Source of the DNA: Parcubacteria group bacterium ADurb.Bin115
GTDB taxonomy: Bacteria; Patescibacteriota; Patescibacteriia; Patescibacteriales; UBA12465
DNA length: 62,068 nucleotides
Direction of reading: 5' to 3'
Assembly: GCA_002070735.1 (NCBI GenBank)
Contig: MWDX01000014.1
Location: 1 to 62,068, forward strand
The notes under the pieces are model-generated. The model saw nothing but the letters and a program-made list of their open reading frames with translations. It had not been told where the DNA came from and did no database searches. Position numbers and translations under genes: made by a program. Positions 49,963 to 58,363 of this stretch are shown one piece after another. Positions within the stretch are counted from its first letter, which is position 1. Each line of letters begins with the position of its first letter.

Positions 49963-51228
49963 TTATTCTACTCGGCTGATATCGGCGCCTATTTTCCGCA
50001 GTCTTTCTTCCAATTTTTCATAACCGCGGTCAATCTGGTAGACATTGTCTATTTCCGTACGTCCTTCGGCAATTAGACCCGCGATAACCAAAGCGATGCC
50101 CGCTCTTAAATCAGGGCTAATTAGTCTTTTTCCGAATAATGGCGTCGGTCCTTGAATAACGACGCGGTGAGGATCGCACATGATGATACTGGCGCCCATT
50201 TGCGAAAGCATATCTGTCCAGAGCAAACGCCGGTCATAAATTGTTTCATGAATGAGTGATATACCCTGGGCTTGAGTCATAAGGACGACATAGGGCGATT
50301 GTAAATCGGTAGCGAATCCTGGATATTCGTGAGTTTTAATATCATGCGCTTTCAAAGGGCGCTTGCCTTTTTTAATTTTTAGCCAGTCGCGACCATATTC
50401 AAAATCTACGCCGATTCTTTCCATTATTTTTAAGAGCGTCATGATATGCTCTGGTTGGCAATTGATGATTTCTAGATTGGCATTAGCGGCCGCCGCTAAA
50501 ATAGCGAAAGACCCGGTTTCGATTCTGTCCGGTATGACCGTGAATTCTCCGGCGCCAATTTTATTTTGTCCTTTGATGACCATGATGGGCGTGCCGGCGC
50601 CGCTTATTTGTGCTCCTTGAGTATTGAGATAATCGGCGAGTGCACTTATTTCTGGTTCCATGGCGCAATTTTTCAAGATGGTAGTGCCGGGAATAATACT
50701 AGCTGTCATCATCATGCTTTCGGTCGCCGTGACGCTAACTAGCGGAAAGAAATACTCTGCCGCCTGCAAGTGTTTAGCTTTGATATGATAGAATTTTCCA
50801 GATTCTTCTTTAATTTCGGCGCCAAAGGCACGGTAGCCTTCAAGAAATAAATCTATCGGCCTTCCGCCAGCGCCGATGACACAACCACCGGGATGAGGAA
50901 ATTTAGCTTCACCGAAGCGGGCGAGTAATGGCCCGACAAACATAATGGAACCACGGAATTTATCTGCCATCTTGGCATTTAATTCGTTGTTGGCAATATT
51001 TGAGGTGTCTATATTAGCCTCCGAGCCATTATACGTAATCTTCGCGCCTAGGTCAGTTAGGACCTCAAACGAACGGGTCACATCTTCAATGTTCGGCAAA
51101 TTTTTAATAGTTATTTTTTCGGTCGACAGAATTGATGCTGGGATGATTTTTAGGGCTGAATTTTTAGCGCCACTGACTGCAATTTGCCCGCTTAGGGGTT
51201 TTTTGCCGTTAATGATAAATTTAGGCAT
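49963..51228 (-). CDS. murA: UDP-N-acetylglucosamine 1-carboxyvinyltransferase
   Basis: SGAKNSAL, and the catalytic-loop region HPGGCVIGAGGRPIDL. Full-length EPSP-synthase-fold protein. Confidence 0.95.
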   Translation of the reverse strand: MPKFIINGKKPLSGQIAVSGAKNSALKIIPASILSTEKITIKNLPNIEDVTRSFEVLTDLGAKITYNGSEANIDTSNIANNELNAKMADKFRGSIMFVGPLLARFGEAKFPHPGGCVIGAGGRPIDLFLEGYRAFGAEIKEESGKFYHIKAKHLQAAEYFFPLVSVTATESMMMTASIIPGTTILKNCAMEPEISALADYLNTQGAQISGAGTPIMVIKGQNKIGAGEFTVIPDRIETGSFAILAAAANANLEIINCQPEHIMTLLKIMERIGVDFEYGRDWLKIKKGKRPLKAHDIKTHEYPGFATDLQSPYVVLMTQAQGISLIHETIYDRRLLWTDMLSQMGASIIMCDPHRVVIQGPTPLFGKRLISPDLRAGIALVIAGLIAEGRTEIDNVYQIDRGYEKLEERLRKIGADISRVE

Positions 51229-51271
51229 AAAGGCTTTATATTTTTATATTAACTTTATCTTATCTTATTTA

Positions 51272-51299
51272 TTGACATTTTTCAAATATTTGATAATAT
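51272..51299 (+). promoter_or_regulatory. Putative rplU promoter
   Basis: TTGACA (51272-51277), 16-nt spacer, TAATAT (51294-51299). Confidence 0.55.
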
Positions 51300-51358
51300 T
51301 TAAAGGTGAATCGGCGAGAGCCTGATTTTTTCTAATAATTTTGCTAATATTAAATAAT

Positions 51359-51673
51359 ATGGCGAAGATTGCAGTGATTGCCACCGGCGGCAAACAATAT
51401 AAAGTCAAGGAAGGCGAAACCATTAAAGTGGAAAAACTAGAATTGGCAGCCGGAGAAAAGGTTAAATTTGATACTTTATTAGTGGCGGAAATAGATGGCA
51501 GTCAATTAGAAATCGGCAGCCCGTCTTTAGGCGAGAAAGTAGAGGCTGAAGTTATTGACACCACTAAGCAAGATAAAGTAAAAGTAGTTAAGTATAAAAG
51601 TAAAACTCGTTACAAGAAAAATGTTGGCCATCGTCAGTTGAAGACAACTGTGAAGATTTTGAGTATCGCTTAA
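51359..51673 (+). CDS. rplU: 50S ribosomal protein L21
   Basis: MAKIAVIATGGKQYKVKEGE...VVKYKSKTRYKKNVGHRQ. ATG at 51359 preferred. Confidence 0.92.
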   Translation: MAKIAVIATGGKQYKVKEGETIKVEKLELAAGEKVKFDTLLVAEIDGSQLEIGSPSLGEKVEAEVIDTTKQDKVKVVKYKSKTRYKKNVGHRQLKTTVKILSIA

Positions 51674-51700
51674 TATTTTTAAGAAATAATTTTAAGACAT

Positions 51701-51737
51701 AAAAACCCGCTTTTTATTAGAGGCGGATTTTTTTATG
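51701..51737. terminator. Imperfect hairpin terminator between rplU and convergent recR
   Basis: AAAAACCCGC-N12-GCGGATTTTT, with one mismatch. Confidence 0.45.
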
Positions 51738-51779
51738 TTTCTGCTTTAAATTTATGTTTAACTTTTTTTGAAGTACAAG

Positions 51780-52370
51780 TTATAAGGTGTTTCTATATTT
51801 TAAAGCGTTGGCCAGGGTTAGTTCATCGGCATATTCTAAATCTGAACCGGCTGGCAGGCCTCTAGCCAGTCGGCTTATTTTAATCTCGGGGAATGTTTTT
51901 TTTAAAAATAAAGAGGTGCTTTCTCCCTCTAAAGTAAAGTTGAGACCAAGAATCAATTCTTTTACTTTATTAGCATTAATTAATTCTTTCAGTTCCTTAA
52001 GTGGGAGCTGGTCGGGGCCGATATTTTCCAGAGTGTTTAAAAGTCGGTCGATTACAAAATAACGGCCATTAAACTGCTTGGTGTTTTCAATTACGGCTAA
52101 ATCTTGACTATTTTCAACGATGCAAAGAATTTCTGGAGATCTTTTTTTGTCACCACAAATCGGACAAGGGTCGCTGTCACTAAAAGTGCGGCAGATTGAA
52201 CAGCGTTTGATATTATCTGGCAGTGATGATATAAAGGAAGCTAATTCTTTGACTTGAACGGTTTTTTGATTCAGTAAATAAAAAACATAACGTTCGGCAG
52301 TTTTCGGTCCGACGCTTGGAAATTTAGAAAAGCTTTCAATTAGTTTTTGAATATATTCAGGGTATTTCAT
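51780..52370 (-). CDS. recR: Recombination protein RecR
   Basis: Helix-hairpin-helix N-terminus, Cys4 zinc finger CSICRTFSDSDPCPIC and a Toprim domain. Confidence 0.93.
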   Translation of the reverse strand: MKYPEYIQKLIESFSKFPSVGPKTAERYVFYLLNQKTVQVKELASFISSLPDNIKRCSICRTFSDSDPCPICGDKKRSPEILCIVENSQDLAVIENTKQFNGRYFVIDRLLNTLENIGPDQLPLKELKELINANKVKELILGLNFTLEGESTSLFLKKTFPEIKISRLARGLPAGSDLEYADELTLANALKYRNTL

Positions 52371-52646
52371 TTAGTTTAAGCCAGGGAGGCCGCCCATGTC
52401 TTGTAATTTTTTAGCCATCAGCCGTTGGGTTCTTTTAATTGCATCGTTAAAGCATGATTTGACGGCGTTGGCTTGGTTTTCGGTATTTAACTCCGGATTT
52501 AAAGTTAACTCTATAATTTCCATATTGCCGTTTAATGTTAGTTTAACGCCGTTTTTTTCTTCGGTGACGCTTTCTTGTGCGAGGGCGCTTTGCATGGTTT
52601 TTGCCTGGCTGCGCAAATCTTTGAATTGTTTGAGTTTGTTGAACAT
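52371..52646 (-). CDS. YbaB/EbfC-family nucleoid-associated protein
   Basis: 91 aa. Lies immediately upstream of recR. LQDMGGLPGL C-terminus. Confidence 0.85.
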   Translation of the reverse strand: MFNKLKQFKDLRSQAKTMQSALAQESVTEEKNGVKLTLNGNMEIIELTLNPELNTENQANAVKSCFNDAIKRTQRLMAKKLQDMGGLPGLN

Positions 52647-52673
52647 AGGTTTATATTATTATTTTTAATTTTT

Positions 52674-54071
52674 TTAAGGTGTATTGTTTTGGCGGCTGAG
52701 ATTGCGGAAGCTGGCCGTATTTTCATCAAAAAATAAGTCGATTTTACCAGTTGGTCCGTTGCGGTGCTTGGCGATATGGATCTCCGCTTTATATCTTTCG
52801 TCTATAGATAAGTCATTGGGATTATAGTTGCGGTCGGCAGCTTTGCGATAGATAAACATTACGACATCGGCGTCTTGTTCAATGGAACCGGAGTCGCGCA
52901 GATGTGAAAGTTTGGGAATAGCCGGACTACTTTGTTCGACCGCGCGCGATAATTGGGCTAGCGCTAAAACAGGGATATTTAGTTCGCGGGCGATACCTTT
53001 CAGGCCGCGGCTGATTTCTCCAATTTCTTGAACACGGTTGTCGCTATATTTGCCTCGCCCCTCCATTAACTGTAAATAGTCGATGACAATTAGACCCAAG
53101 CCTTTTTCTATTTGTAAGCGTCGACATTTGGCACGGATTTCCATCACAGACAAACTACTGGAGTCATCAATATATATGGGTGCTTCTGCTAACTCTCCCA
53201 TTGATTTGCCGATTTTTGTGAAATCATTATCTTCCTCTTTATCTGAGAGATTGCCGGTGCGCATTTTCCAGAGATTTACATTCGCTTGGGCGCAAATCAT
53301 GCGGTCAACTAGCTGTTCTTTACCCATTTCTAAAGAGAAGATGCCAACTCCAACTTTATTCTTAATGGCCGCTTGGCGAGCAATATCAAGAGCTAGGGAA
53401 GTTTTACCGACACTGGGTCGAGCGGCAAGTATTATCAAATCTGATTTTTGTAATCCGGCCAGCAGGGAATCAAGGTCGTTAAAACCGGTACTTAATCCTC
53501 TTAATTTGCCGCCATGTTTATGTAATTCGTCGATTCTTTCAAAGGCATCGGCTAATAGACTGTCTAAGGGGAGGAAGGCATTTTTTAAAAATTTGCGAGA
53601 AACGCTGAAAATCTTTTTTTCTGTTTCATCCAAGATTTCATCTATCTCCCTATCTTCATCGAAGCTGGCGTTGGTTATTTCTGCCGCCGCTTGCTGTAAT
53701 CGGCGTAAGGTTGCTTTTTTTTGGATGATGCTGGCGTATTGGCTGACATTGCCCGCGGTTGCGACCGCGTTTGATAGCTTAGCCAGATAAGTGCGACCAC
53801 CAATATCGGTCAACTGCTTTTTATCTTCCAACTTATTCGCTAGAGTAATGATGTCAATCGGCTCTTGGCTGTTATATAACTCCTGGATGGCTTCGTAGAT
53901 TTTTTGGTTAGCTTGGCGGTAGAAGTCTTGGGGAAGAATCATATCCGCTACTTTGATAATCGCGTCTTTATCGATTAAAAGACAGCCCAAAAGCGATTCT
54001 TCCGCTTCTAAGCTATGGGGTGGTATTTTTTCTAACAAAATGTCTTCTCCGGCCATATATTTACAGTTCAT
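52674..54071 (-). CDS. dnaB: Replicative DNA helicase DnaB
   Basis: PPHSLEAEESLLGCLL and Walker A ARPSVGKT. The true start may be the MAGED Met at 54056. Confidence 0.95.
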   Translation of the reverse strand: MNCKYMAGEDILLEKIPPHSLEAEESLLGCLLIDKDAIIKVADMILPQDFYRQANQKIYEAIQELYNSQEPIDIITLANKLEDKKQLTDIGGRTYLAKLSNAVATAGNVSQYASIIQKKATLRRLQQAAAEITNASFDEDREIDEILDETEKKIFSVSRKFLKNAFLPLDSLLADAFERIDELHKHGGKLRGLSTGFNDLDSLLAGLQKSDLIILAARPSVGKTSLALDIARQAAIKNKVGVGIFSLEMGKEQLVDRMICAQANVNLWKMRTGNLSDKEEDNDFTKIGKSMGELAEAPIYIDDSSSLSVMEIRAKCRRLQIEKGLGLIVIDYLQLMEGRGKYSDNRVQEIGEISRGLKGIARELNIPVLALAQLSRAVEQSSPAIPKLSHLRDSGSIEQDADVVMFIYRKAADRNYNPNDLSIDERYKAEIHIAKHRNGPTGKIDLFFDENTASFRNLSRQNNTP

Positions 54072-54200
54072 TGTTTTTATATCTTATCTTATTATCAGGC
54101 GCTTATCAAGTAAATTTTATTCACTCTTTGTACACGCTTTATACTCAGGTTATGTATATAGCACGTTATACGAATTGACAAATTATTGATTTAAGAGTAT

Positions 54201-54425
54201 TTGGCCCAAGAAGCTGGTCGCTTTATACCCTTTGAAAGAGCCCTGCTGAAACAATATCAAGATACAGGAAGTTCGGTGGTCAAGAATTTTTTCGATTATT
54301 TAATTGAGAAAAGACTACTCCATCTAAGTGGTCTAGGATGGTTTTTAAGCAACGACAAAATTGTGGCCCCTAGCGATCCGGCCTGTCCGAATTGTCCTTA
54401 TAAGTTTAAGTGTTTTTTTGGCTGA
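54201..54425 (+). CDS. Possible small protein with a C-terminal CxxC...C cluster
   Basis: 74-aa ORF with a TTG start, ending ...SDPACPNCPYKFKCFFG. A strong terminator follows. No family recognised. Confidence 0.3.
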   Translation: MAQEAGRFIPFERALLKQYQDTGSSVVKNFFDYLIEKRLLHLSGLGWFLSNDKIVAPSDPACPNCPYKFKCFFG

Positions 54426-54434
54426 ATTGCCAAC

Positions 54435-54472
54435 AAAAAGCCGTTTCTTCGTTTATAGGAAACGGCTTTTTT
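54435..54472. terminator. Bidirectional terminator serving the small ORF (+) and tRNA-Thr (-)
   Basis: AAAAGCCGTTTC-N11-GAAACGGCTTTT. Confidence 0.8.
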
Positions 54473-54474
54473 AT

Positions 54475-54551
54475 TGGAGCCGCCTGTCGGATTCGAACCC
54501 ACGACCTGCTGTTTACAAAACAGCTGCTCTGACCAACTGAGCTAAGGCGGC
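54475..54551 (-). tRNA. tRNA-Thr (anticodon UGU), CCA encoded
   Basis: The reverse complement is GCCGCCTTAGCTCAGTTGGTCAGAGCAGCTGTTTTGTAAACAGCAGGTCGTGGGTTCGAATCCGACAGGCGGCTCCA. It folds by hand into a cloverleaf with anticodon loop TTTGTAA. There is one G-G mismatch in the T stem. Confidence 0.8.
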
Positions 54552-54629
54552 ATTATTTTTCAATGTTATCTGATTTTATGTTGTTTGGCAAGATTTGTGA
54601 ACTTACCCTGAATATTGTATATTTAAAAT

Positions 54630-55499
54630 ATGAGGATAGACTTACAATTACATTCTTTATATTCGGATGGTTATCACTCGCCTTCTCAGTTGGTGCGCAT
54701 GATATATTTGCAGGGTATAAAAGCGGCATCTTTGACCGATCATAATACAATCGCCGGACAAGCGGAATTCAAGCGAGCCTGTGCCCGCTATCGGATTAAA
54801 TATATCCCCGGCTTGGAGCTGTATGTCCGTTATAAACAGAGGACCTTCAATGTATTATGGTACAATTATGACCTTAATTCTCCCGTTTTACTCAAAATGT
54901 TGGATACGACCTGCTTGCGCCGCCGTCGGTTTGCAGAAAAGGTGGCCGGTCGCTGGCGTCGCCTCGGTTTAAAATTTAATTGGCGTAATTTTTTGCGTGA
55001 GCATCCTTATTACTTGTCGACTAATCATTTAGTTAATGCCGTTTGGAAATCGCCTGATAATCGCCGGAAGATTAAAGAGGCTTTAGAGTTGAAAAATGTT
55101 CGCGAAGAAGATATTATGCGCTATTGCCTTTTTCCTAAAACCGGACCTCGTTTTCAGGATGCGTATGTCAGTTTGACTAAAATTTTACAGGTTAGAAAAG
55201 AAACGGGCGGACAGTTGATTTTTTGTCATCCGGGATTGAATAATAAGATGAAAAACGGTTTGGTTGAAAAAACAATTGATGCCGGTTTAGACGGCTTTGA
55301 ATTGCTATCCCCCCATCATGGTTATAATGCTATCATGTATTTGAGTAGTTTGTTTAAGAGAAAAAAGGTGATTATGACCGGCGGATCCGATTTTCACAAG
55401 CCTGGCGATTTCGGCACTAAACCTCGTTATTCCTGGGACTGGTTTGTGGTGGACAGCGATAAGTTGCCGGGGGTGAATAGGATTTTGGATAATAAATAA
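54630..55499 (+). CDS. PHP-domain metal-dependent phosphoesterase
   Basis: MRIDLQLHSLYSDGYHSPSQLV...SLTDHNTIAG...FCHPG...GGSDFH. Confidence 0.8.
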   Translation: MRIDLQLHSLYSDGYHSPSQLVRMIYLQGIKAASLTDHNTIAGQAEFKRACARYRIKYIPGLELYVRYKQRTFNVLWYNYDLNSPVLLKMLDTTCLRRRRFAEKVAGRWRRLGLKFNWRNFLREHPYYLSTNHLVNAVWKSPDNRRKIKEALELKNVREEDIMRYCLFPKTGPRFQDAYVSLTKILQVRKETGGQLIFCHPGLNNKMKNGLVEKTIDAGLDGFELLSPHHGYNAIMYLSSLFKRKKVIMTGGSDFHKPGDFGTKPRYSWDWFVVDSDKLPGVNRILDNK

Positions 55500-55530
55500 T
55501 AACAATCGCTTACCTTTGTGGGAGTGGTCA

Positions 55531-55594
55531 TTTTTATAAGATTAAAAAACCCCGTCTGAAAAAAGCCATCCTTGAGAAAGGGTGGCTTTTTGAG
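55531..55594. repeat. 64-nt intergenic element, copy 2
   Basis: TTTTTATAAGATTAAAAAACCCCGTCTGAAAAAAGCCATCCTTGAGAAAGGGTGGCTTTTTGAG. Differs from copy 1 at 5 positions, two of which are a compensatory pair in the stem. Confidence 0.8.
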
Positions 55595-55610
55595 TGTGTG
55601 TGGCCAAATA

Positions 55611-56309
55611 TTATTTCGCATTATCCGCATTATCACCGAAGATCAGTTTTTTGTAGAATTGCTTTTCTGGAGGAAGCAGGCTGATTAATTGTAAGCATTG
55701 CTTACATTCTTTCAGGACGTGCCCCTCTTTTTCTGTCATTTCTTTTTCTGACTCCTCGGTCATTTTTTTGATACGAGAAAGCAAAAGTTCTTCCACTTCC
55801 TCTACGGATAACTTAAATTTTTTATCAAGCCGGGACGAGGCTTCAAGGGCGATTGTCACGTTGCCGTTCTTTACAGCCATCCTTTTGGCCAGATACAGCC
55901 ATGTAGTTAACAATTCTGAGCTTAGGTTTACGTATCTAGTGGCGGCCATGATTTGAATTTCAAGCGCGGGCTTTTTTTGTTTGATCAGCCGTTGTACCAT
56001 AATTTTTAGGGCGCCTATGCTTATTGGTATCGATAAGCGGGTTGCTGAATCTATTAATTCAGCAATATTTTCCCCCGCTTTTAAATAAGCGATAAAACGT
56101 ACGTTCGCCTCTTGATTATTCAAAGCTAATAAAGTTGCAACAATTTTTTTTGCCCCCATGTTTTGATAAGCAGTATCCCATTCTTCATATTTTAGTTGAC
56201 GTTGGTCAATAAGAATGGCGGCGTTGATGGCGCCAGCCAAATTATGATTGGCGAGACATAATCCAATTATAGCCTCGGCCATGTTTAATTTTTGATTATT
56301 ATTTGCCAT
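55611..56309 (-). CDS. Hypothetical all-alpha protein
   Basis: 232-aa ORF with an ATG start. No recognisable motif. Lies between the two tRNA genes. Confidence 0.5.
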   Translation of the reverse strand: MANNNQKLNMAEAIIGLCLANHNLAGAINAAILIDQRQLKYEEWDTAYQNMGAKKIVATLLALNNQEANVRFIAYLKAGENIAELIDSATRLSIPISIGALKIMVQRLIKQKKPALEIQIMAATRYVNLSSELLTTWLYLAKRMAVKNGNVTIALEASSRLDKKFKLSVEEVEELLLSRIKKMTEESEKEMTEKEGHVLKECKQCLQLISLLPPEKQFYKKLIFGDNADNAK

Positions 56310-56315
56310 TTTTTA

Positions 56316-56381
56316 AAGATTAAAGTGATTTCTCTGCGTTCAAGTGAAATTTTTTGTCAACAGGGAGATCACTTTAATCTT
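56316..56381. repeat. Inverted repeat (17 paired nt with a 2-nt bulge, 30-nt loop) ending 6 nt before the start codon of the 55611-56309 gene
   Basis: AAGATTAAAGTGATTTCTC (56316-56334) pairs with GAGATCACTTTAATCTT (56365-56381). Confidence 0.7.
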
Positions 56382-56444
56382 ATTTTTAAAGAGCCTTAAG
56401 TGTTTAAATTACAATTATTTTTTCTAAAAGTCAATAATAACAAC

Positions 56445-56477
56445 AAAAGAAAAAGACTTAGTCAACCAAGTCTTTTT
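56445..56477 (-). terminator. Terminator downstream of tRNA-Lys
   Basis: AAAAAGACTT-N8-AAGTCTTTTT. A T-rich run follows on the minus strand. Confidence 0.65.
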
Positions 56478-56482
56478 ATGTG

Positions 56483-56555
56483 TGCGCCCAGGGGGATTCG
56501 AACCCACGACCGTCTCCTTAAAAGGGAGCTGCTCTACCAACTGAGCTATAGGCGC
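56483..56555 (-). tRNA. tRNA-Lys (anticodon UUU), CCA not encoded
   Basis: The reverse complement is GCGCCTATAGCTCAGTTGGTAGAGCAGCTCCCTTTTAAGGAGACGGTCGTGGGTTCGAATCCCCCTGGGCGCA. It forms a cloverleaf with anticodon loop CTTTTAA. There is one T-C mismatch in the T stem. Confidence 0.8.
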
Positions 56556-56667
56556 TCTTTGTTAAATAAAAAATTTAACAACAGATGTAATTATTCTGAT
56601 GTTAACAAAAATATTTTTTTTTGACAAGGGTTTGTATTAGTATGGCTGTTTTTTATTATGTAGTATT

Positions 56668-56790
56668 TGCTGGCCGAAATTTGAACTCATTTTGAGAAAA
56701 ATCTGCAAGCGGATTTTTGAATCCCGCCCAGTGTTTTTGATATTCTGCTAACGCAGAATTGTGGAAACACTCCCCACTCCGAAAAAATTT
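56668..56790 (+). repeat. GC-rich nested-hairpin element, copy A
   Basis: TGAACTCA (56682-56689). Hairpin AAAAATC-N8-GATTTTT (56697-56718). CGCCC. Outer stem AGTGTTT/AAACACT (56730-56736 / 56765-56771) enclosing ATTCTGC-TAAC-GCAGAAT (56742-56759). Homologous to the core of 58364-58570. Confidence 0.55.
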
Positions 56791-56814
56791 TACAAAAATC
56801 TTTTAGTCATTTTC

Positions 56815-57531
56815 TTATAAATCATCTAAAGGACTATTGATTTCCTGTAATTTTGGAGTGGAAACTTGGAGGTAAATTTGGGTTGTTTCTAATCCTTTGT
56901 GGCCTAATAACTTTTGGATGTATCTAATATCAACTCCTTTCTTTAACAAATGGGTGAATAAATATTGATCGTCATCTTCTCTTGTTTCTAAAAAAGTTTT
57001 CAAATCTTTATTGGCTCTTTTTGAAAGAATAGTTTGGCGATCTTTTTCCTTTGCCTAAATTGACCCTGATAATTCCTTCTGCTAAATCAATATCCTTTAT
57101 TTAATTTAATGGCTTCTGAAACTCTTAATCCCGAAACATACATAATTTCCATTAGTAATTTATGCTTTAGATTTGCTGTCGCTTCACCATTTTTCTGATT
57201 TCATCTTTAGTCAAAACAACCGGTAGGCGTTTTTCTTTCTTTGGGTGTTTGATATCAAAAAAATCTTCTTTTAAGAACTTAAGTATAATAAAATTTCAAG
57301 ACGTTGATGGCTAAACTCAAAGTAGCGTTAGAAACTTCTTTATTAGCCAAATATCTTTTAATATCTTCATTGGCAATTTCTTTTGGACTTTTTTGTATAA
57401 TTTAAGAATTTTCTGTTATAATGTAGATAACCCTTGATGGTCTTACGACTAAATCCGCGAATCTTAAGCTCGCGTTCAAAGTTATACATTGGGTCGCGTT
57501 CAATTCTGGTTGTTCGAAATTCTGTGTTCAT
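56815..57531 (-). pseudogene. Decayed tyrosine recombinase/integrase gene (Xer/IntI superfamily)
   Basis: The N-terminal SAM-like domain is intact (NFERELKIRGFSRKTIKGYLHYNRKFLNYTKKS). A frameshift then gives SPKEIANEDIKRYLANKEVSNATLSLAINVLKFYYT, followed by stops and frameshifts through ...KEKRLPVVLTKDEIRKM...[26 protein letters not shown]. The last frame reads [43 protein letters not shown]...SPLDDL. The segment that should carry the HxxR box is deleted. Confidence 0.8.
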
Positions 57532-57595
57532 AGTGTATATGATTACACAAAAAGGTCGATTTTTAAGCAAGCTTTAAATAGGTGTGGTTAAAACT

Positions 57596-57656
57596 TGTTA
57601 GGCGTAATTTAGAAGGTCACTCTTTCTCCGACCACCCACCCAAAATGACGGCGCGC
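57596..57656 (-). repeat. Partial, inverted copy (copy C) of the GC-rich element; contains GTTAGGC
   Basis: Three blocks, TGTTAGGCGT (57596-57605), AGAAGGTC (57611-57618) and GACGGCGCGC (57647-57656), are exact reverse complements of 58453-58462, 58388-58395 and 58366-58375, in collinear order. Confidence 0.6.
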
Positions 57657-57697
57657 TAAAAAGAAACATATATAAATTATCTAATTTAAATAAAATT

Positions 57698-58348
57698 ATG
57701 GTTACTCAATATGATAAAATTTCTCAAAAATTTAAAAATGCCGACGAATCTGTTCCTGATGTTACAAGACCAATTCTTTATTCTCTTGTAACAAAGAAGA
57801 AAGGAAAACTTTTGGATTTGGGTTGTGGTTACGGAGAAGATTTAGTTCATTTTCAAAAAGAAGATTTCGAAGTTTATGGAATTGATGTTTCAAAAGAAAT
57901 GGTTAAAGAGGCAGAAAAGAAAAGCCAAGGTGCAAAAGTTTCTGTTTCTTCTTTTGAAAAACTTCCTTATGATGAAGAAACTTTTGACATAATCTTTAGT
58001 AGATATGCTTTACAGCATTCAGACAAAATTACTCCAATTTTTAAAGAAGTATCTCGTGTCTTGAAAAAAGGTGGAGAGTTTGTTTTCTTGGTTACTCATC
58101 CCATAAGACATTATTTTGAAAAGAAAACAAAAGATTACTGGAAACAAGAAATTTGTTCTTCGTTAATTTTAGGCGGAAAAGTAAGAGTTGAAGAACCTTC
58201 TCATAAATTAAATGAATATATCAACAAAGAAATTCTTTCCAAATTTGATTTAATTGATTTTATTGAAGAATTTGACCCTGCCGCAGAAAAAATCAAAGAT
58301 GCAGGAAAATATCCAAGTATTCTAATTTTGAAATTTAAAAAAAGATAA
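57698..58348 (+). CDS. Class I SAM-dependent methyltransferase (Methyltransf_11/25-like)
   Basis: LLDLGCGYGED (motif I), GIDVS, FDIIFSRYALQH, VLKKGGEFVFLV. Confidence 0.85.
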   Translation: MVTQYDKISQKFKNADESVPDVTRPILYSLVTKKKGKLLDLGCGYGEDLVHFQKEDFEVYGIDVSKEMVKEAEKKSQGAKVSVSSFEKLPYDEETFDIIFSRYALQHSDKITPIFKEVSRVLKKGGEFVFLVTHPIRHYFEKKTKDYWKQEICSSLILGGKVRVEEPSHKLNEYINKEILSKFDLIDFIEEFDPAAEKIKDAGKYPSILILKFKKR

Positions 58349-58363
58349 TTTTATGTTAAAACA

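Noticed and set aside
53083-53790. 235-aa ORF on the plus strand
   Set aside because: It lies entirely antisense to dnaB, whose identity is unambiguous. The product is Ser/Leu/Arg-rich, as is typical of a shadow frame. No independent signals.
56400-56624. 74-aa ORF on the plus strand
   Set aside because: It runs straight through the complement of tRNA-Lys and its terminator. Artefact.
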